NCBI GenBank assembly: GCA_963770835.1 | Contig: CAVYRH010000004.1 | Location: 644,764 to 708,763 of the forward strand | Direction: 5' to 3' | DNA length: 64,000 nucleotides | Source: an uncultured Pseudomonadota bacterium | Lineage (GTDB): Bacteria > Oederibacteriota > Muellerivitia > Muellerivitales > Muellerivitaceae | Notes under the pieces: generated by a model | Database searches by the model: none | Seen by the model: only the letters and a program-made list of their open reading frames with translations | Told to the model about the DNA's origin: nothing | Translations under genes and position numbers: made by a program | Shown: piece after piece, positions 62,859-64,000 of the stretch | How positions within the stretch are numbered: the stretch's first letter is position 1 | Layout: each line of letters opens with the position of its first letter

Positions 62859-63632
62859 TTAAAGGTCGAAGGAAGTGGCAATGGCGATTTGGTCCCTCTG
62901 ACTATCCGTAAAATCCAAAGTTGAGCTTCCGAAATTCGTCAATTGAGGCAGGAAACAAAGCTCAACCCACCAGTTCTTGCCGGAGTATTGGATGCAGGGA
63001 CCGGCTGAAAAAACGGACCGCATAGGATGGTCATCGTAAAAATTCTCATCCATGGCCTCAAACCCAACGAAAACCGAGTCAGAAAGAAACAATCCCGCGC
63101 CAAGGGAAGGGCGCAAAAGGAGGGATTGGTTAGTGTCCGTGTAATCAAAGGCTGGAGCGGCCAACAGGTTAAAAGTCCAAAGCCAGGAACCCATGTTTTT
63201 ATCTACAATCACCTTAGTTTCCAGTTCGAAATCATCCGGTTCAAATTCCGGCTCCAGGTATAAACCCAGGCCAAAGGTGTCGGCCGAGCTGTCCATCAAC
63301 TTGAATTTCCATTCGTTGGAAATCCCGTCCAAAACGGGCCCAACTAATTGGGGACCGTTCCCTGGGTCTGCGAATTGCTGGGTGAAATTAAGGTAAAGCG
63401 AGGTTTGGACGCCCAGATCTAAACCGGTTTCAAATTCGATGCTTTGATTCATGGCAGAGTAAAAGCTGTTGCGGCCAAAAAGGTACCAGGTATAAGTCTC
63501 CAAGTCCCGTTCTCCCGGCCCGAGGTTATTCGACTCGTAGTTAAAAATGAAATGCCGGTCGGCCGCGGGGGACAGCCCGGGAAGGGTCAGCAAAATAAGT
63601 CCTAATATGAATTTCCAGTAACATTTTTTCAT
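62859..63632 (-). CDS. Outer-membrane beta-barrel, putative porin (DUF6662-like)
   Basis: Signal peptide; FIFNYESNNLGPGERDLETY, SNEWKFKL, GLYLEPE, ELETKVIVDK; C-terminal ATSFDL. Confidence 0.7.
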   Translation of the reverse strand: MKKCYWKFILGLILLTLPGLSPAADRHFIFNYESNNLGPGERDLETYTWYLFGRNSFYSAMNQSIEFETGLDLGVQTSLYLNFTQQFADPGNGPQLVGPVLDGISNEWKFKLMDSSADTFGLGLYLEPEFEPDDFELETKVIVDKNMGSWLWTFNLLAAPAFDYTDTNQSLLLRPSLGAGLFLSDSVFVGFEAMDENFYDDHPMRSVFSAGPCIQYSGKNWWVELCFLPQLTNFGSSTLDFTDSQRDQIAIATSFDL

Positions 63633-63686
63633 CCGGTTCTCCCTGTTTTAAACGACCCAGCCAATAAAAAATGGCCGAGTCATTAA

Positions 63687-63718
63687 TGATAACAAATTTC
63701 AATTGAAAGTAATTATCA
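63687..63718. promoter_or_regulatory. Two tandem Fur/PerR-like 7-1-7 boxes
   Basis: TGATAAC-A-AATTTCA (63687-63701) and TGAAAGT-A-ATTATCA (63704-63718) versus consensus TGATAAT-N-ATTATCA; 54 nt upstream of the porin start. Confidence 0.6.
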
Positions 63719-63754
63719 ATAACAAAAATTAATTGTCAAGCGAGAAAAAGAAAC

Positions 63755-64000
63755 TCAGTAAAAGGCGCCCGCGGATTTGCGCCAAAGGTCCAGGACTTTC
63801 ATGTTGCCAAGGCTGTCGGCCCAACCCATCGCAGGACATTCCTCCCAACCTTTGCGGATGGAAAGGGCCACGGCATCCGCTTCCGCGGTATATAAATTGC
63901 GGTCGCAATGAATTGAAATTTTTCGTTGTTTCTTTTCGTCTTTTTTTTGTAGTAATAAATAAGACGTGCCGGCGTTCCATGTTGCGAACCATGGGGAGGG
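63755..64000 (-). CDS. Partial CDS (3' end), Gfo/Idh/MocA-family oxidoreductase
   Basis: Frame open to the window edge: PSPWF...DRNLYTAEADAVA...CPAMGWADSLGNMKVLDLWRKSAGAFY*; not in the ORF track. Confidence 0.7.
   Translation of the reverse strand, partial: PSPWFATWNAGTSYLLLQKKDEKKQRKISIHCDRNLYTAEADAVALSIRKGWEECPAMGWADSLGNMKVLDLWRKSAGAFY

Overview
A 64 kb gene-dense window from a diderm bacterium (beta-barrel outer-membrane proteins, GT9 glycosyltransferase); the lineage cannot be determined from this window. No rRNA, tRNA, CRISPR array or intact mobile element was recognised. Three things stand out. (1) From ~0.7 to ~49 kb, 17 intergenic copies of a CRP/FNR-spaced palindrome TATGA-N6-TCATA occur, 13 of them 20-22 nt from a -10-like hexamer (class II activation geometry). 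Three cluster upstream of a Cys-rich Crp/Fnr regulator, outlining a self-regulated low-oxygen/redox regulon. (2) That region holds a Cyc2-type cytochrome-porin directly upstream of a Rieske protein and a cytochrome b-dihaem c fusion, plus further c-type cytochromes and an A1-type haem-copper oxidase: a candidate Fe(II)-to-O2/quinone electron-transfer chain. (3) From 49.7 to 59.4 kb, one tightly coupled operon joins a dedicated type II FAS/PKS cassette (KS, CLF-like, ACP, DH, KR, PPTase; no enoyl reductase) to a PhcB-like methyltransferase and PhcS/R/Q-like kinases: a candidate fatty-acid-methyl-ester quorum-sensing system with its own acyl-chain assembly line. Also present: a 2301-aa lipoprotein with 16 tandem domains in a 2x4 higher-order pattern, paired RIC and ferritin-like paralogues, PPK2-CHAD, several radical SAM enzymes, a frameshifted outer-membrane protein, a pirin remnant, and a porin plus lipoprotein cytochrome pair behind Fur-like boxes. 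All family assignments come from motif recognition by eye, not database searches. Many start codons are refined from the ORF track using RBS position.
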